A stretch of 64,000 nt of DNA, taken from a virus. Made by a program: the position numbers and the translations under genes. Below the pieces are notes generated by a model, which saw only the letters and a list, made by a program, of their open reading frames with translations, did not search any database and was not told the DNA's origin. Below, piece by piece: positions 47,363-56,881 of the stretch (positions are counted from its first letter, which is position 1; each line of letters opens with the position of its first letter). The stretch is taken from the IMG/VR virus record IMGVR_UViG_3300042691_015660, one strand, 5' to 3'.

Positions 47363-48783
47363 TGGCAAATGTAATTCTTTATAGTCAAATAGGCCACAGA
47401 CCAATGATTTGGAGGCCTATTGCGTGTTATACATTAGCTAGGTGGATAGAAGAACACGGGTATACTTGTCAAGTTATAGAATTTACTCATCTTTTTAGCC
47501 CAAGAGAACTTATCGAATATACTGAAATGTTTATAGATAAAGACACCTTACTCGTAGGTGTTAGTAGTACTATGTGGACTAATTATGATGCTAATTTATT
47601 AATGAGACACGCTGCTATCAATGTTCCAGAAAATATAGATGTGGCTATTAAAGAAATTAAATCAAAGTATCCTAAAATTAAAACTGCTATTGGCGGAGCT
47701 GGACAATATGTAAAAGGAACAAAGATTTTTGATTATCATGTGGTAGATCATTTTGGAGAAAACAGTTTATTAAAAATTTTAGACGAACTAACTAAAAAAA
47801 GTATATCGACAAAATTACAACGTAAAAATTTCTCAATTGAACATCAAAGATTTGTTTATAAAGACCATGATTGTGTATTACCAGGAGAATGTTTACCTAT
47901 AGAGTGGGGCAGAGGTTGTATTTTTCAATGTCCTTTTTGTAGAGATCCTAATTTAGGAAAACGTCCAGGAACAGACGAAAAAGATATTAGTTTAATGATA
48001 GATGAGTTCACTGAGATGTATGAAAAGTTTGGTACAACGTCTTACTATTTTTTAGATGAAACATTTAATGCTAATACAGACAGGTTAGAAAATTTGTTAA
48101 AAGTTTATGATAAACTACCTTTTAAATTAGAATTTCTTAGTTATAATAGAGCAGACTTACTAGATAAAAATCCTCACACTCAAGAAATTTTACATAATTG
48201 CGGGCAACGAGGAGCATTATTTGGAATAGAAACATTTCATACCGAAGCAGCAAAAGCTATCGCTAAACCATGGAGTGCTAAAAGAGGAAAAGACTTTCTT
48301 ATCGAGATACAAGAAAAATGGAAAAACACTCACATCGATTGCCACTTTATAGCAGGATTACCTGGAGAGTCTGAAGAACATTTATTTTCTACAGCAGAGT
48401 GGCTTAAACAATCAAATTTAGGATTTTTTTGGTTCATACCTTTATTATTAAATCATAATGAAAGGTATGGAGTTTGGGAAAAAAATTCTTTAAAAGAAGG
48501 AGTTACTTGGCCTGATCCTAATTACAATTTACATTGGGAAAGAGGTGATTGGTCCTGGATTAAAGCGTATAATGTGTCAGCGAAACTTAATAGATATGTA
48601 GATGCGCAGTCTCGAATGGCTATGTGGAGTTTAGGCCCAATTAAGACATTAGGATTAGATTTTGATAATATAGTAAACAAATCGTTTAATGAAATTTTTG
48701 ATCAAGCAGGAGATTTATATGATCATGAGGAAAGACTTTTCGATCACTACAAAGAACTATTAAAGTCACAGGCAGGTAGATAA
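47362..48783 (+). CDS. B12-binding-domain radical SAM protein
   Basis: GRGCIFQCPFC (CxxxCxxC), YFLDETFN, FGIETF, FIAGLPGE. N-terminal Rossmann-like domain ending in AIGG. Confidence 0.8.
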   Translation: MANVILYSQIGHRPMIWRPIACYTLARWIEEHGYTCQVIEFTHLFSPRELIEYTEMFIDKDTLLVGVSSTMWTNYDANLLMRHAAINVPENIDVAIKEIKSKYPKIKTAIGGAGQYVKGTKIFDYHVVDHFGENSLLKILDELTKKSISTKLQRKNFSIEHQRFVYKDHDCVLPGECLPIEWGRGCIFQCPFCRDPNLGKRPGTDEKDISLMIDEFTEMYEKFGTTSYYFLDETFNANTDRLENLLKVYDKLPFKLEFLSYNRADLLDKNPHTQEILHNCGQRGALFGIETFHTEAAKAIAKPWSAKRGKDFLIEIQEKWKNTHIDCHFIAGLPGESEEHLFSTAEWLKQSNLGFFWFIPLLLNHNERYGVWEKNSLKEGVTWPDPNYNLHWERGDWSWIKAYNVSAKLNRYVDAQSRMAMWSLGPIKTLGLDFDNIVNKSFNEIFDQAGDLYDHEERLFDHYKELLKSQAGR

Positions 48784-48792
48784 TCAATTACT

Positions 48793-48821
48793 TTGACAGG
48801 CAACAATTATTAATTTAATAT
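48793..48821 (+). promoter_or_regulatory. Sigma70-like promoter TTGACA-17-TAATAT
   Basis: In the gap upstream of uvsX. Confidence 0.5.
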
Positions 48822-48840
48822 TATATAAAGGAAAAAAAAT

Positions 48841-49890
48841 ATGGCAAAAGCATTCGACTTAACAAAATTTCGCAAAACACTCACAAAGAGTATTGATGGT
48901 CTCGGTGTAGGGTTCAATGATCCTACAGATTGGATTAGCACAGGAAATTATGCTCTAAACTATCTAATTAGTGGCGATTTTAATAAAGGAATCCCATTAG
49001 GTAAAGTAACTGTGTTTGCTGGTGAATCAGGAGCAGGCAAAAGCTATATCTGTTCTGGTAACATTGTAAGACACGCACAAGAGCAAGGTATCTATGTTAT
49101 TCTAGTTGATAGCGAAAATGCTCTTGATGAAAAATGGCTTCATGCTCTAGGAGTTGATACGAACGAGGATAAACTCTTAAAACTGAACATGGCAATGATT
49201 GATGATGTTGCTAAGACAATTAATGAGTTCATGAAAGAATATAAGACTATGGAAGATCGTCCAAAAGTTTTATTTGTTATTGATAGTTTAGGAATGTTAC
49301 TTACGCCTACAGATGTTAATCAATTTGAAGCAGGAGACTTAAAAGGTGATATGGGTAGAAAGCCAAAGGCACTTACGGCGTTGGTTCGTAACTGTGTTAA
49401 TATGTTTGGTAGTGCTAATGTCGGTCTTATCGCTACAAATCACACGTATGCTAGTCAAGATATGTTCGACCCTGATGATAAAATTTCAGGTGGACAAGGA
49501 TTCATTTACGCAAGTTCTATCGTGGTTGCCATGAAAAAACTTAAACTTAAAGAAGATGAAGACGGCAATAAGATTTCAGAAGTTCGTGGTATTCGTGCTG
49601 CTTGTAAGGTAATGAAAACACGTTATGCTAAACCTTTTGAAAGTGTACAAGTTAAGATTCCTTATGAAACAGGTATGAATCCTTATAGTGGGCTAGTAGA
49701 CTTATCTGAAGCAAAAGGCTTACTTAAAAAGGATGGAAATAGACTCTCATTCACTACAAATGATGGAGAAATTATTAAATATTATCGCAAAGAATGGGAA
49801 CGTAACGACGAAGGATGTTTAGATAAAGTTATGGCAGACTTTGCTAATTATAAACCAACTGGAATCGAGGAGCTAGTAGAAGATGAATGA
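48841..49890 (+). CDS. uvsX: RecA-like recombinase UvsX
   Basis: ISTGNYALNYLISG, GESGAGKS, DSENAL, VIDSLG, NHTY, SGGQG..YASS. Confidence 0.92.
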   Translation: MAKAFDLTKFRKTLTKSIDGLGVGFNDPTDWISTGNYALNYLISGDFNKGIPLGKVTVFAGESGAGKSYICSGNIVRHAQEQGIYVILVDSENALDEKWLHALGVDTNEDKLLKLNMAMIDDVAKTINEFMKEYKTMEDRPKVLFVIDSLGMLLTPTDVNQFEAGDLKGDMGRKPKALTALVRNCVNMFGSANVGLIATNHTYASQDMFDPDDKISGGQGFIYASSIVVAMKKLKLKEDEDGNKISEVRGIRAACKVMKTRYAKPFESVQVKIPYETGMNPYSGLVDLSEAKGLLKKDGNRLSFTTNDGEIIKYYRKEWERNDEGCLDKVMADFANYKPTGIEELVEDE

Positions 49891-50128
49891 AAATCAGATT
49901 GCCGACATCTGGATGTTATTCAAAGAATATTTAGATAAAAAGACAATGGATCTAGCAGCAGAAAGATATATTGATTTATTAGCAGATCATGGTGTGAGCG
50001 ATAAGGTAATACAGAACGCCAGCGGGTTCGACGACTCATTAGATGACGCCATTTCATACTATATGGACGAAGAGCCTGATGAAGATGAATATGACGAAGA
50101 TAATTGGGATTATGACGACGAAGATTAA
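49883..50128 (+). CDS. Small acidic hypothetical protein
   Basis: 81 aa with a D/E-rich tail, between uvsX and uvsY. Confidence 0.6.
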   Translation: MNENQIADIWMLFKEYLDKKTMDLAAERYIDLLADHGVSDKVIQNASGFDDSLDDAISYYMDEEPDEDEYDEDNWDYDDED

Positions 50129-50130
50129 AC

Positions 50131-50583
50131 ATGTGGTATTCTAAAGTAAGTAAAGATATATCGTATATTCCTGACGCTGTAGCGTATTTTGAAGTCGAAT
50201 TATTGGCAGCAAAAAATGATAGCCGCATAGCGGGAAATATAGAAAAGGCAGCTGCCAATATGCCTGGAATTGTGGAACAACGATATAGTCAACTTCAAGA
50301 AATTGAAGCTATATTAGAATATCTTAATATAGAATTGCGCCGTTTGAAAAGTCAGCATTTCCGTAAATATCTTGAGAATTATCAAAGAGCGTTGAGCTCG
50401 CGGGATTGCGAGAAGTATGTTGATGGTGAAGCAGACGTAGTTGATTTTGAAAAGATTATCAACGAGTTTGCTTTACTACGTAACAAATGGCTAGGTATAA
50501 CGAAATCACTAGATATTAAACAGTGGCAATTAAGTAATATTATCAAATTACGTGTAGCCGGAATGGAAGACGCATCTTTATAA
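50131..50583 (+). CDS. uvsY: Recombination mediator UvsY
   Basis: Helical protein with EKYVDGEADV...K.LDIKQWQLSNIIKLR.AG C-terminus typical of UvsY. Confidence 0.75.
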   Translation: MWYSKVSKDISYIPDAVAYFEVELLAAKNDSRIAGNIEKAAANMPGIVEQRYSQLQEIEAILEYLNIELRRLKSQHFRKYLENYQRALSSRDCEKYVDGEADVVDFEKIINEFALLRNKWLGITKSLDIKQWQLSNIIKLRVAGMEDASL

Positions 50584-50588
50584 ACCAA

Positions 50589-50596
50589 TATAAATA
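50589..50596 (+). promoter_or_regulatory. T4-type late promoter TATAAATA
   Basis: Exact consensus, 5 nt before ATG 50602. Confidence 0.65.
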
Positions 50597-50601
50597 TCAG
50601 C

Positions 50602-51366
50602 ATGAAAAAAATAGTGCTGATAACTGGTGGGTTTGACCCTGTCCATTCTGGACACATTTCTTATATTCAATCTGCGAAAAAATTAGGAGATCTACTTATA
50701 GTAGGTGTAAACTCCGACGAATGGTTAACTCGTAAAAAGAAACGGCATTTTATGCCTTTAATAGAACGTGCTAATATTATTCGTAATATAAAAGGAGTTG
50801 ATTTCGTAATCGACTTTAATGATAACGATGATACAGCCAAACATGCTATATGGATGGTGCGACAAAGTTATCCTACAGATCAAATTATTTTTGCCAACGG
50901 CGGTGACAGAACAAAAACAAATATTCCAGAAATGGACTTTCTGGATAAAAAATTGGAATTTGTTTTTGGAGTAGGAGGTGAAGATAAAAAGAATTCAAGT
51001 TCTTGGATTTTAGAGGAATGGAAAAGTCCTAAAACAGAACGTCCTTGGGGATATTATCGTATACTTCACGAAAACGGTAAAGAAGTTAAAGTTAAAGAAT
51101 TAACTGTAAATCCAGGTCAATGTTTAAGTATGCAAAAACATGAACATCGAGCAGAGCATTGGTTTATAGTAGAAGGAACTGCCGAAGTTTATACTATTAA
51201 TAGAAGTTCAGATCATGAATTACTAGGTATATTTCATAAACATCAAAGTTTACACATTAAAAAAACAGAATGGCATCAGTTATGTAATCCTATTGACACA
51301 CCTTTGAAAATAGTAGAAATTCAATACGGTAACGATTGTAAAGAAGAGGACATAGAAAGAAAATGA
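50602..51366 (+). CDS. HxGH nucleotidyltransferase (RfaE/TagD-like) fused to type II mannose-6-P-isomerase-like cupin
   Basis: ITGGFDPVHSGH, VGVNSD.WL.RKK, ANGGDR, then ERPWGYY...VKEL.VNPG..LSMQKH.HRAEHW..VEG...EIQYG...EEDI. Confidence 0.85.
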   Translation: MKKIVLITGGFDPVHSGHISYIQSAKKLGDLLIVGVNSDEWLTRKKKRHFMPLIERANIIRNIKGVDFVIDFNDNDDTAKHAIWMVRQSYPTDQIIFANGGDRTKTNIPEMDFLDKKLEFVFGVGGEDKKNSSSWILEEWKSPKTERPWGYYRILHENGKEVKVKELTVNPGQCLSMQKHEHRAEHWFIVEGTAEVYTINRSSDHELLGIFHKHQSLHIKKTEWHQLCNPIDTPLKIVEIQYGNDCKEEDIERK

Positions 51367-52988
51367 AAGTATACGTAGGTTGGGATAGTAGAGAAGATAT
51401 TGCTTATCAAGTATGTAGGAATTCGATTCTAAGAAGAAACGAAAACGTAGAAGTAATTCCTTTAAAACAAGATGAATTGAGAAAATCGGAAATCTATACA
51501 AGAGAAGTAGATCCTTTAAGCTCAACCGAATTTACTTTCACAAGATTTTTAGTGCCGCATTTGATGAATTACCAAGGATGGGCAGTATTTGTAGACTGTG
51601 ATTTTGTTTTCATAGAAGATATTCAAAAACTTTTTAATATGACTCACAACCAAGATTATGCAGTTATGGTAGTTCAACATGAATATAATCCTACAAACAC
51701 TGTTAAAATGGATGGAAAAACGCAACATGTTTATCCAAGAAAAAATTGGAGTAGTATGATTTTGTTTAATTGCGATCATCCTTCTAATAAAATACTAACT
51801 CCTGACGTAGTTAATAAAGCTTCCGGAGCATATCTTCATAGATTTCAGTGGTTAAAAGATGAAGAAATAGGAGCACTCAGCCAAGAATGGAATTGGTTAG
51901 TAGGGTGGTATAAAGAACCCGATCATGGTAAACCTAAAGCTATTCATTATACAGAAGGCGGCCCGTGGTTTCCTAATTACATGCACTGCGAGTATGGTGC
52001 TGTATGGATGGAGGAAAAACACAAATACGTGGAATCGATTAAAAATCCTCCACCTCCACCTAGTCCTTATGAATTAGTTCCAACAGAGATTAAAGAAGTA
52101 TTTGATAGTATTTTAAAATATAGAGTAGACTCTTCAGGCGACTATTATAAAACAACTCAAGACACATTGATAGAAAAAATTAAAAGTATTGAAACTTCTA
52201 ATGTTTTTTCTACAGATTCAGAATATAGATATGAAAGAAAAGGTATGGACTACGACCCAATTTTACAGAATTTTATTTTAGGCGCTGGCGGACAGATTAG
52301 TACCTGGGATAAAATCGAAAACATAAAAGCTCCTGTTGTTCTAAGGGGTATCACTAAAAGAAAACAAATGGCTGCTTGTCGAGAACAAGGTAGAGATTTT
52401 TATTATATCGACACAGGATATTTTGGAAATGCACGTAAAAAATTGTATCATAGGATAACTAGAAATTCTATGCAAAACATCGGCCCAGTGATAGACAGAC
52501 CAGCAGATCGATATGATGCGACGGGAATTAGTTTAACTAAATTTAGACCAGGAAGTAAAATTTTAATTTGCCCTCCAAGTGCTAAAGTTATGGTGTATTA
52601 TAATTTAGACTTAGAAGAATGGATGAAAGAAACTGTTGATACTATTAAAAAATACACAGATAGAGAAATTGTAATTAGACTTAAAAAGCCTAGATCAGAG
52701 CGTGTACACAACGACACAATGGCTATGGCACTTACCCAAGATATACATTGTATGGTTACATTTAACAGTATTGCCGCTACAGAAGCCTTATTACTAGGTA
52801 AACCTGCTTTCACTTTAGGACCAAATGCTGCCCAAAGTTTATGCTTATCCGACTTGAGTCAAATAGAGAAACCATATATTCCTACATTAGATGAAGTTCA
52901 TCGATGGGCGTGTCATTTAGCCTATTCTCAGTTTACCGAAAACGAAATGAGAACAGGTGTAGCATGGAGAATAGTCAGTGAAACATGA
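51363..52988 (+). CDS. Two-domain glycosyltransferase: GT-A + capsule-synthesis-like GT-B
   Basis: VYVGWDSRE, STEFTFTRFLVP, FVDCDF, YPRKNWSS, HYTEGGPW. C-terminal YIDTGYF...IRLK...VTFNSIAATEALLLGKP...LAYSQFT. Confidence 0.75.
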   Translation: MKVYVGWDSREDIAYQVCRNSILRRNENVEVIPLKQDELRKSEIYTREVDPLSSTEFTFTRFLVPHLMNYQGWAVFVDCDFVFIEDIQKLFNMTHNQDYAVMVVQHEYNPTNTVKMDGKTQHVYPRKNWSSMILFNCDHPSNKILTPDVVNKASGAYLHRFQWLKDEEIGALSQEWNWLVGWYKEPDHGKPKAIHYTEGGPWFPNYMHCEYGAVWMEEKHKYVESIKNPPPPPSPYELVPTEIKEVFDSILKYRVDSSGDYYKTTQDTLIEKIKSIETSNVFSTDSEYRYERKGMDYDPILQNFILGAGGQISTWDKIENIKAPVVLRGITKRKQMAACREQGRDFYYIDTGYFGNARKKLYHRITRNSMQNIGPVIDRPADRYDATGISLTKFRPGSKILICPPSAKVMVYYNLDLEEWMKETVDTIKKYTDREIVIRLKKPRSERVHNDTMAMALTQDIHCMVTFNSIAATEALLLGKPAFTLGPNAAQSLCLSDLSQIEKPYIPTLDEVHRWACHLAYSQFTENEMRTGVAWRIVSET

Positions 52989-53904
52989 TAATGTCTATGA
53001 TGTTGTTGTGTATCTTAGTAGTGTGTTGAACATAGCTAAACATCCAAAAAAATTTAGTTGTTTAAATTCATTTGCCGAAGGAGTCAGACGTACAGGTCAT
53101 ACTGTGCATGTTGAAACTCAATATAGATATACTCCTAGCAGATTAGCAGTAATACTAGGATGGGTTACACAAGATAAAAACACACCTAATATACTTTTGC
53201 GTCAACAAATTGTAGATAATCAAGCCCGTCGCGGAAATCATACTATGTGTATTGATGCCAATTGTTGGAAGTATATTGATACACAAAATCAATTTTTAAG
53301 ATATAGTATCGGCGGCCCTTTTTATGATCAAGCAGAATATGCTAATCATAATTCTGGTCCAGAAAAGTGGAATAATATTCAATCTACATTAAATCTTCAA
53401 ATGAAACCCTGGCGTGCTAAAGGAAATCACATTTTAGTTTGTATGCAACGAGATGGCGGATTTAGTATGAAAAATCTTGATCCAATACAATGGTTAGCTA
53501 ACAAATTAGTTGAACTAAGACAACATACTACTAGAAGCATTGTAATTAGACCTCATCCAGGAAAGCCTCAAGATTTTAGTAAATTCGTCGATCCTTATAA
53601 TAATATTTCAGTAATCGATAGTTCAACTATTCCTTTAGTACAAAGCTTACATAAATCTTGGGCAGCAGTGTTTTTTAATAGTTCAAGTGCTGTAGCAGCA
53701 GTATGCGAAGGAATTCCTATTTTTATCGATGATAAAAGTTGTGTAGCATGGGACGTTGCTAATAAAAGTATAAGCGATATAGAAAAACCGCAGATGTTTG
53801 ATAGAGATCAGTGGATATGGAATTTATCTGCTGCCCATTGGACAGACGAAGAAGGATCTGCTGGTGATATCTACAAAAAATTTATACCTTACCTTGGTAT
53901 TTAA
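52978..53904 (+). CDS. Capsule-synthesis (KpsC/KpsS-like) GT-B protein
   Basis: ILVCMQR, IVIRPHP, FNSSSAVAAVCEGIP, DRDQW...AHWT. Confidence 0.6.
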   Translation: MKHDNVYDVVVYLSSVLNIAKHPKKFSCLNSFAEGVRRTGHTVHVETQYRYTPSRLAVILGWVTQDKNTPNILLRQQIVDNQARRGNHTMCIDANCWKYIDTQNQFLRYSIGGPFYDQAEYANHNSGPEKWNNIQSTLNLQMKPWRAKGNHILVCMQRDGGFSMKNLDPIQWLANKLVELRQHTTRSIVIRPHPGKPQDFSKFVDPYNNISVIDSSTIPLVQSLHKSWAAVFFNSSSAVAAVCEGIPIFIDDKSCVAWDVANKSISDIEKPQMFDRDQWIWNLSAAHWTDEEGSAGDIYKKFIPYLGI

Positions 53905-54538
53905 GCACCCAGTCTTTATTAAAAGTTTCTACGACCTTATAATCCCAAGATTCTAAAATCTTTACAGATGGTAAATCAGCCATAGCATCTTTATACTCAT
54001 GTTTTTGTTGTTCTATAACTAAAACTGGTTTGTTTCTCTTAATTGTTTGTTCGGCACCATGAAGTATATCTTCTTCGAGGCCCTCTACATCAATTTTTAT
54101 AAAATCTATATCATTAAAATTGAAACTGTCTAAAGTTTTTAATGGAATCGTACCTTTTCCGTAACTGTTTTTGTCTACATGTGTATGTCCGGTATTTCCG
54201 TGAACAACATTCATGTTTATATAAGATTCTTCTTTGCCTAAGGCTGTTTGGTACATAAAATAATTTGATTTTTTTACATTTTTACGAAAACATTCTATAA
54301 ATTCACTCACCGGCTCAAATGCGATGACTTTTTCAAAAGAATTTACTAAATCGCAACTCCATAATCCTACATTGGCGCCAATATCCAAACAAACTCTTTT
54401 CTTTTCGCACAACGAGATAGCAGCATCTCGTGCCTTCCACTGATATCTTAAAATTCCTTCTTTTTTTAAACTTTTTTCCAGCAATCTTGGAAAATGATCA
54501 TCGTAATCTGGAAACCAGAAGCCATGTGATTCTTTCAT
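53882..54538 (-). CDS. FkbM-family methyltransferase
   Basis: LDIGANVGLWS, AFEP, ALG, TLDSF..DFIKIDVEG.E..IL.GA. Confidence 0.88.
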   Translation of the reverse strand: MKESHGFWFPDYDDHFPRLLEKSLKKEGILRYQWKARDAAISLCEKKRVCLDIGANVGLWSCDLVNSFEKVIAFEPVSEFIECFRKNVKKSNYFMYQTALGKEESYINMNVVHGNTGHTHVDKNSYGKGTIPLKTLDSFNFNDIDFIKIDVEGLEEDILHGAEQTIKRNKPVLVIEQQKHEYKDAMADLPSVKILESWDYKVVETFNKDWVLKYQGKV

Positions 54539-55158
54539 ATTAATTTAATCTCCACTGTACTTCTCTTTTTACCCCGAGGTATGATATTATTAACAACTTC
54601 GAATCCGTCAACACCTATAAAATGGCCTATAACACCTTTAGACCTCAAATCTAACACTATTCTTGTGTTTTCATGACTGTGTTTTAACATCAAATCACGA
54701 TACACCTTAACAGGGTAGTGATGACCACAACTTAACCAAGATGTAATTAAATCAAATTTAATATTTTCTGGTATTTGTATATTGTTACAATCGATTAAGT
54801 GATAATTTTCAGTACCAAATTCTTTTAACTTTTGATCTAAGTAATCTAATCCATGATAAAACAACAAATTAGCCGAATCTACGTTCCATTTACCATAACT
54901 TGCTGTTCCTGGCTTTTGGAGATTAGCAGTATTATCGCCGTCGATTAGATATAGCTCACAATTATATTTTTGTTGAAAAAATCTTGACTCCCAGGCGAAT
55001 CCGCACCCTATATCTAAAATATTTTTTATCGGCTGATTTAGATATTGATCAACTAATTCAAAATTTCTTTGTCTTTTTGCGATGTAACTGGGCGAAGTCC
55101 ATTTTCTCGTCCAGGCTTGACTATCATTCCCATCTATTCTGTGTTCGTTCATTTCCAA
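54535..55158 (-). CDS. Class I SAM-dependent methyltransferase
   Basis: ILDIGCG, YLID, FDLITSWLSCGHHYP. Confidence 0.75.
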   Translation of the reverse strand: MEMNEHRIDGNDSQAWTRKWTSPSYIAKRQRNFELVDQYLNQPIKNILDIGCGFAWESRFFQQKYNCELYLIDGDNTANLQKPGTASYGKWNVDSANLLFYHGLDYLDQKLKEFGTENYHLIDCNNIQIPENIKFDLITSWLSCGHHYPVKVYRDLMLKHSHENTRIVLDLRSKGVIGHFIGVDGFEVVNNIIPRGKKRSTVEIKLI

Positions 55159-55955
55159 TATCCTTCGTGTCTGTCAACTACTAAGTCTGTCGCGAGACTT
55201 TTACCATATTCTTTGCGTTTTCCTTTCAAATGATCAAGATATGCTCCCCAGGCACTGTTAATTAGTGGGTGCCCTTCGCCTGTTATAAGATCTTTTGACC
55301 AATCTACCTCTGTTAAAGGTTGTAATTTTCTAACCGCATCGAATACAAAACTATCATGCCACTCATCTAACTGAAAAATTCCATTTTCTGCGTCGTCATA
55401 GTACTGTTGAAATTGATTTAGGAAGTTTCTAGTGTGTTGGCTAGTCAAGTTCATTGAGTATAAACCACATTCACTAAATTTGCCACCTCGACCAAGAAAA
55501 CATAAGTCGGAATTATTAGGAATTAATGAATCTAGCACAATTTCGGTCACTGGACTATGACAAATCATATCAGCATCCATCCAAATTAAAATATCTGCTT
55601 CGCAATTCGTAGCGCAATGAAAAATACTATAAACTTTGTGACTAAATCTCACAGCATCCCATTTGAATCCTTTACCGGCATCGCGTCTTTTACTTCTCAC
55701 AGGGTCTTGACTGACATCCCCGTTGGCTTTAGGAACATTTTTCCACTTATTTTTAAAATTTACTAGTGATTGACTTGAAGCATGTAAATCTCTTACAATA
55801 AGATTAGGAGCAGATTCGGAAATTTCGCAATCTTCAGCATATACATAAAGATTTATGCTCGCAGGCCAGGAACGAAGATACGTTTTTATAAATTTTTGAG
55901 CATATTGCTCGTATCCTTTGGCATGAAAAGTTGTTACAACTGCATATTTAGGCAT
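55149..55955 (-). CDS. GT-A nucleotide-diphospho-sugar transferase-like protein
   Basis: VVTTF, AVRFSHKVY, IWMDAD (DxD), SECG, EWHDSFVFD, HLKG.RK. Paralogue of 60015. Confidence 0.65.
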   Translation of the reverse strand: MPKYAVVTTFHAKGYEQYAQKFIKTYLRSWPASINLYVYAEDCEISESAPNLIVRDLHASSQSLVNFKNKWKNVPKANGDVSQDPVRSKRRDAGKGFKWDAVRFSHKVYSIFHCATNCEADILIWMDADMICHSPVTEIVLDSLIPNNSDLCFLGRGGKFSECGLYSMNLTSQHTRNFLNQFQQYYDDAENGIFQLDEWHDSFVFDAVRKLQPLTEVDWSKDLITGEGHPLINSAWGAYLDHLKGKRKEYGKSLATDLVVDRHEGYWK

Positions 55956-55964
55956 GTGATCCTC

Positions 55965-55987
55965 GTTAAATACATATATTACTTATC
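55965..55987. promoter_or_regulatory. Divergent late-like promoters (GTTAAATA plus, GATAAGTA minus)
   Basis: In the 38-bp gap between divergent glycan genes. Confidence 0.4.
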
Positions 55988-55993
55988 TTACAA

Positions 55994-56842
55994 ATGAAAC
56001 TATCAATTTTTCCTCGCTTCGGCGCTCAAAATTCGAAATCAGTATTTGCTGCCTTCGAGCAAGGTGCTAAAAAACTTGGTCATGAAGTGGTCGAACATGA
56101 TATAACTGCTGATGTTATGGTTATATGGAGTGTGCTTTGGCACGGCAGGATGGCAGCAAATAAACAAATATGGGACCAGGCAAAAAAATTAGGCAAGTCG
56201 ATAATTGTTCTCGAAGTAGGGTGTCTTAATCGAGGTACAACATGGAAAGTTGGCTTACATCATGTTAATAACAACGGATACTTTGGCCCATCGAATTCTA
56301 TTATATCCGACAGGTCAAGAAAATTAGGTGTACATTTAAAATCCTGGACTATGAAAGGTACTAACATTTTAATTTGCGCTCAGCACACTAAAAGTGAACA
56401 GTGGTCGTTAATGCCTTCCCCTATAGACTGGTTAAAAACTACCATCGACACCATCAAACACCATACAGACAAGCCCATTGTTCTCAGACCACATCCTAGG
56501 GATTGGCAATGGGCAGCAAATTTTTCCTATAAAGATGTAATTGTTAAGATGCCTAAACAGCTACAAGGAACATACGACGATTTTGATTTCGACGCCGACC
56601 TAAAAAACGCTTGGGCTGTGGTAAATCCTAGCTCTAATACCGGAATTTTAAGTATAATCGATGGTGTACCTGCTTTTGTAACTCATGCTAGTCTAGCTGC
56701 TTCCGTAGGCAATCTAGATTTTTCTTATATAGATTCGCCCCAAAGACCAAGACGAGAAGAATGGCTGGAATGGTTGTGTCATACCGAATGGACTGTAGAG
56801 GAAATAGCTTCTGGTGTACCTTTAAAAAGACTTTTTCGATAG
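55994..56842 (+). CDS. Capsule-synthesis (KpsC/KpsS-like) GT-B protein
   Basis: VLEVG, ILICAQ, IVLRPHPR, SSNTGILSIIDGVPAF, REEWL..L..TEWT. Confidence 0.6.
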   Translation: MKLSIFPRFGAQNSKSVFAAFEQGAKKLGHEVVEHDITADVMVIWSVLWHGRMAANKQIWDQAKKLGKSIIVLEVGCLNRGTTWKVGLHHVNNNGYFGPSNSIISDRSRKLGVHLKSWTMKGTNILICAQHTKSEQWSLMPSPIDWLKTTIDTIKHHTDKPIVLRPHPRDWQWAANFSYKDVIVKMPKQLQGTYDDFDFDADLKNAWAVVNPSSNTGILSIIDGVPAFVTHASLAASVGNLDFSYIDSPQRPRREEWLEWLCHTEWTVEEIASGVPLKRLFR

Positions 56843-56845
56843 AAG

Positions 56846-56875
56846 TTGACAAACAACTATTAATTGTTTTATAAT
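56846..56875 (+). promoter_or_regulatory. Sigma70 promoter TTGACA-18-TATAAT
   Basis: Perfect hexamers. ATG 56882 follows 6 nt after the -10 element. Confidence 0.65.
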
Positions 56876-56881
56876 AACTAA

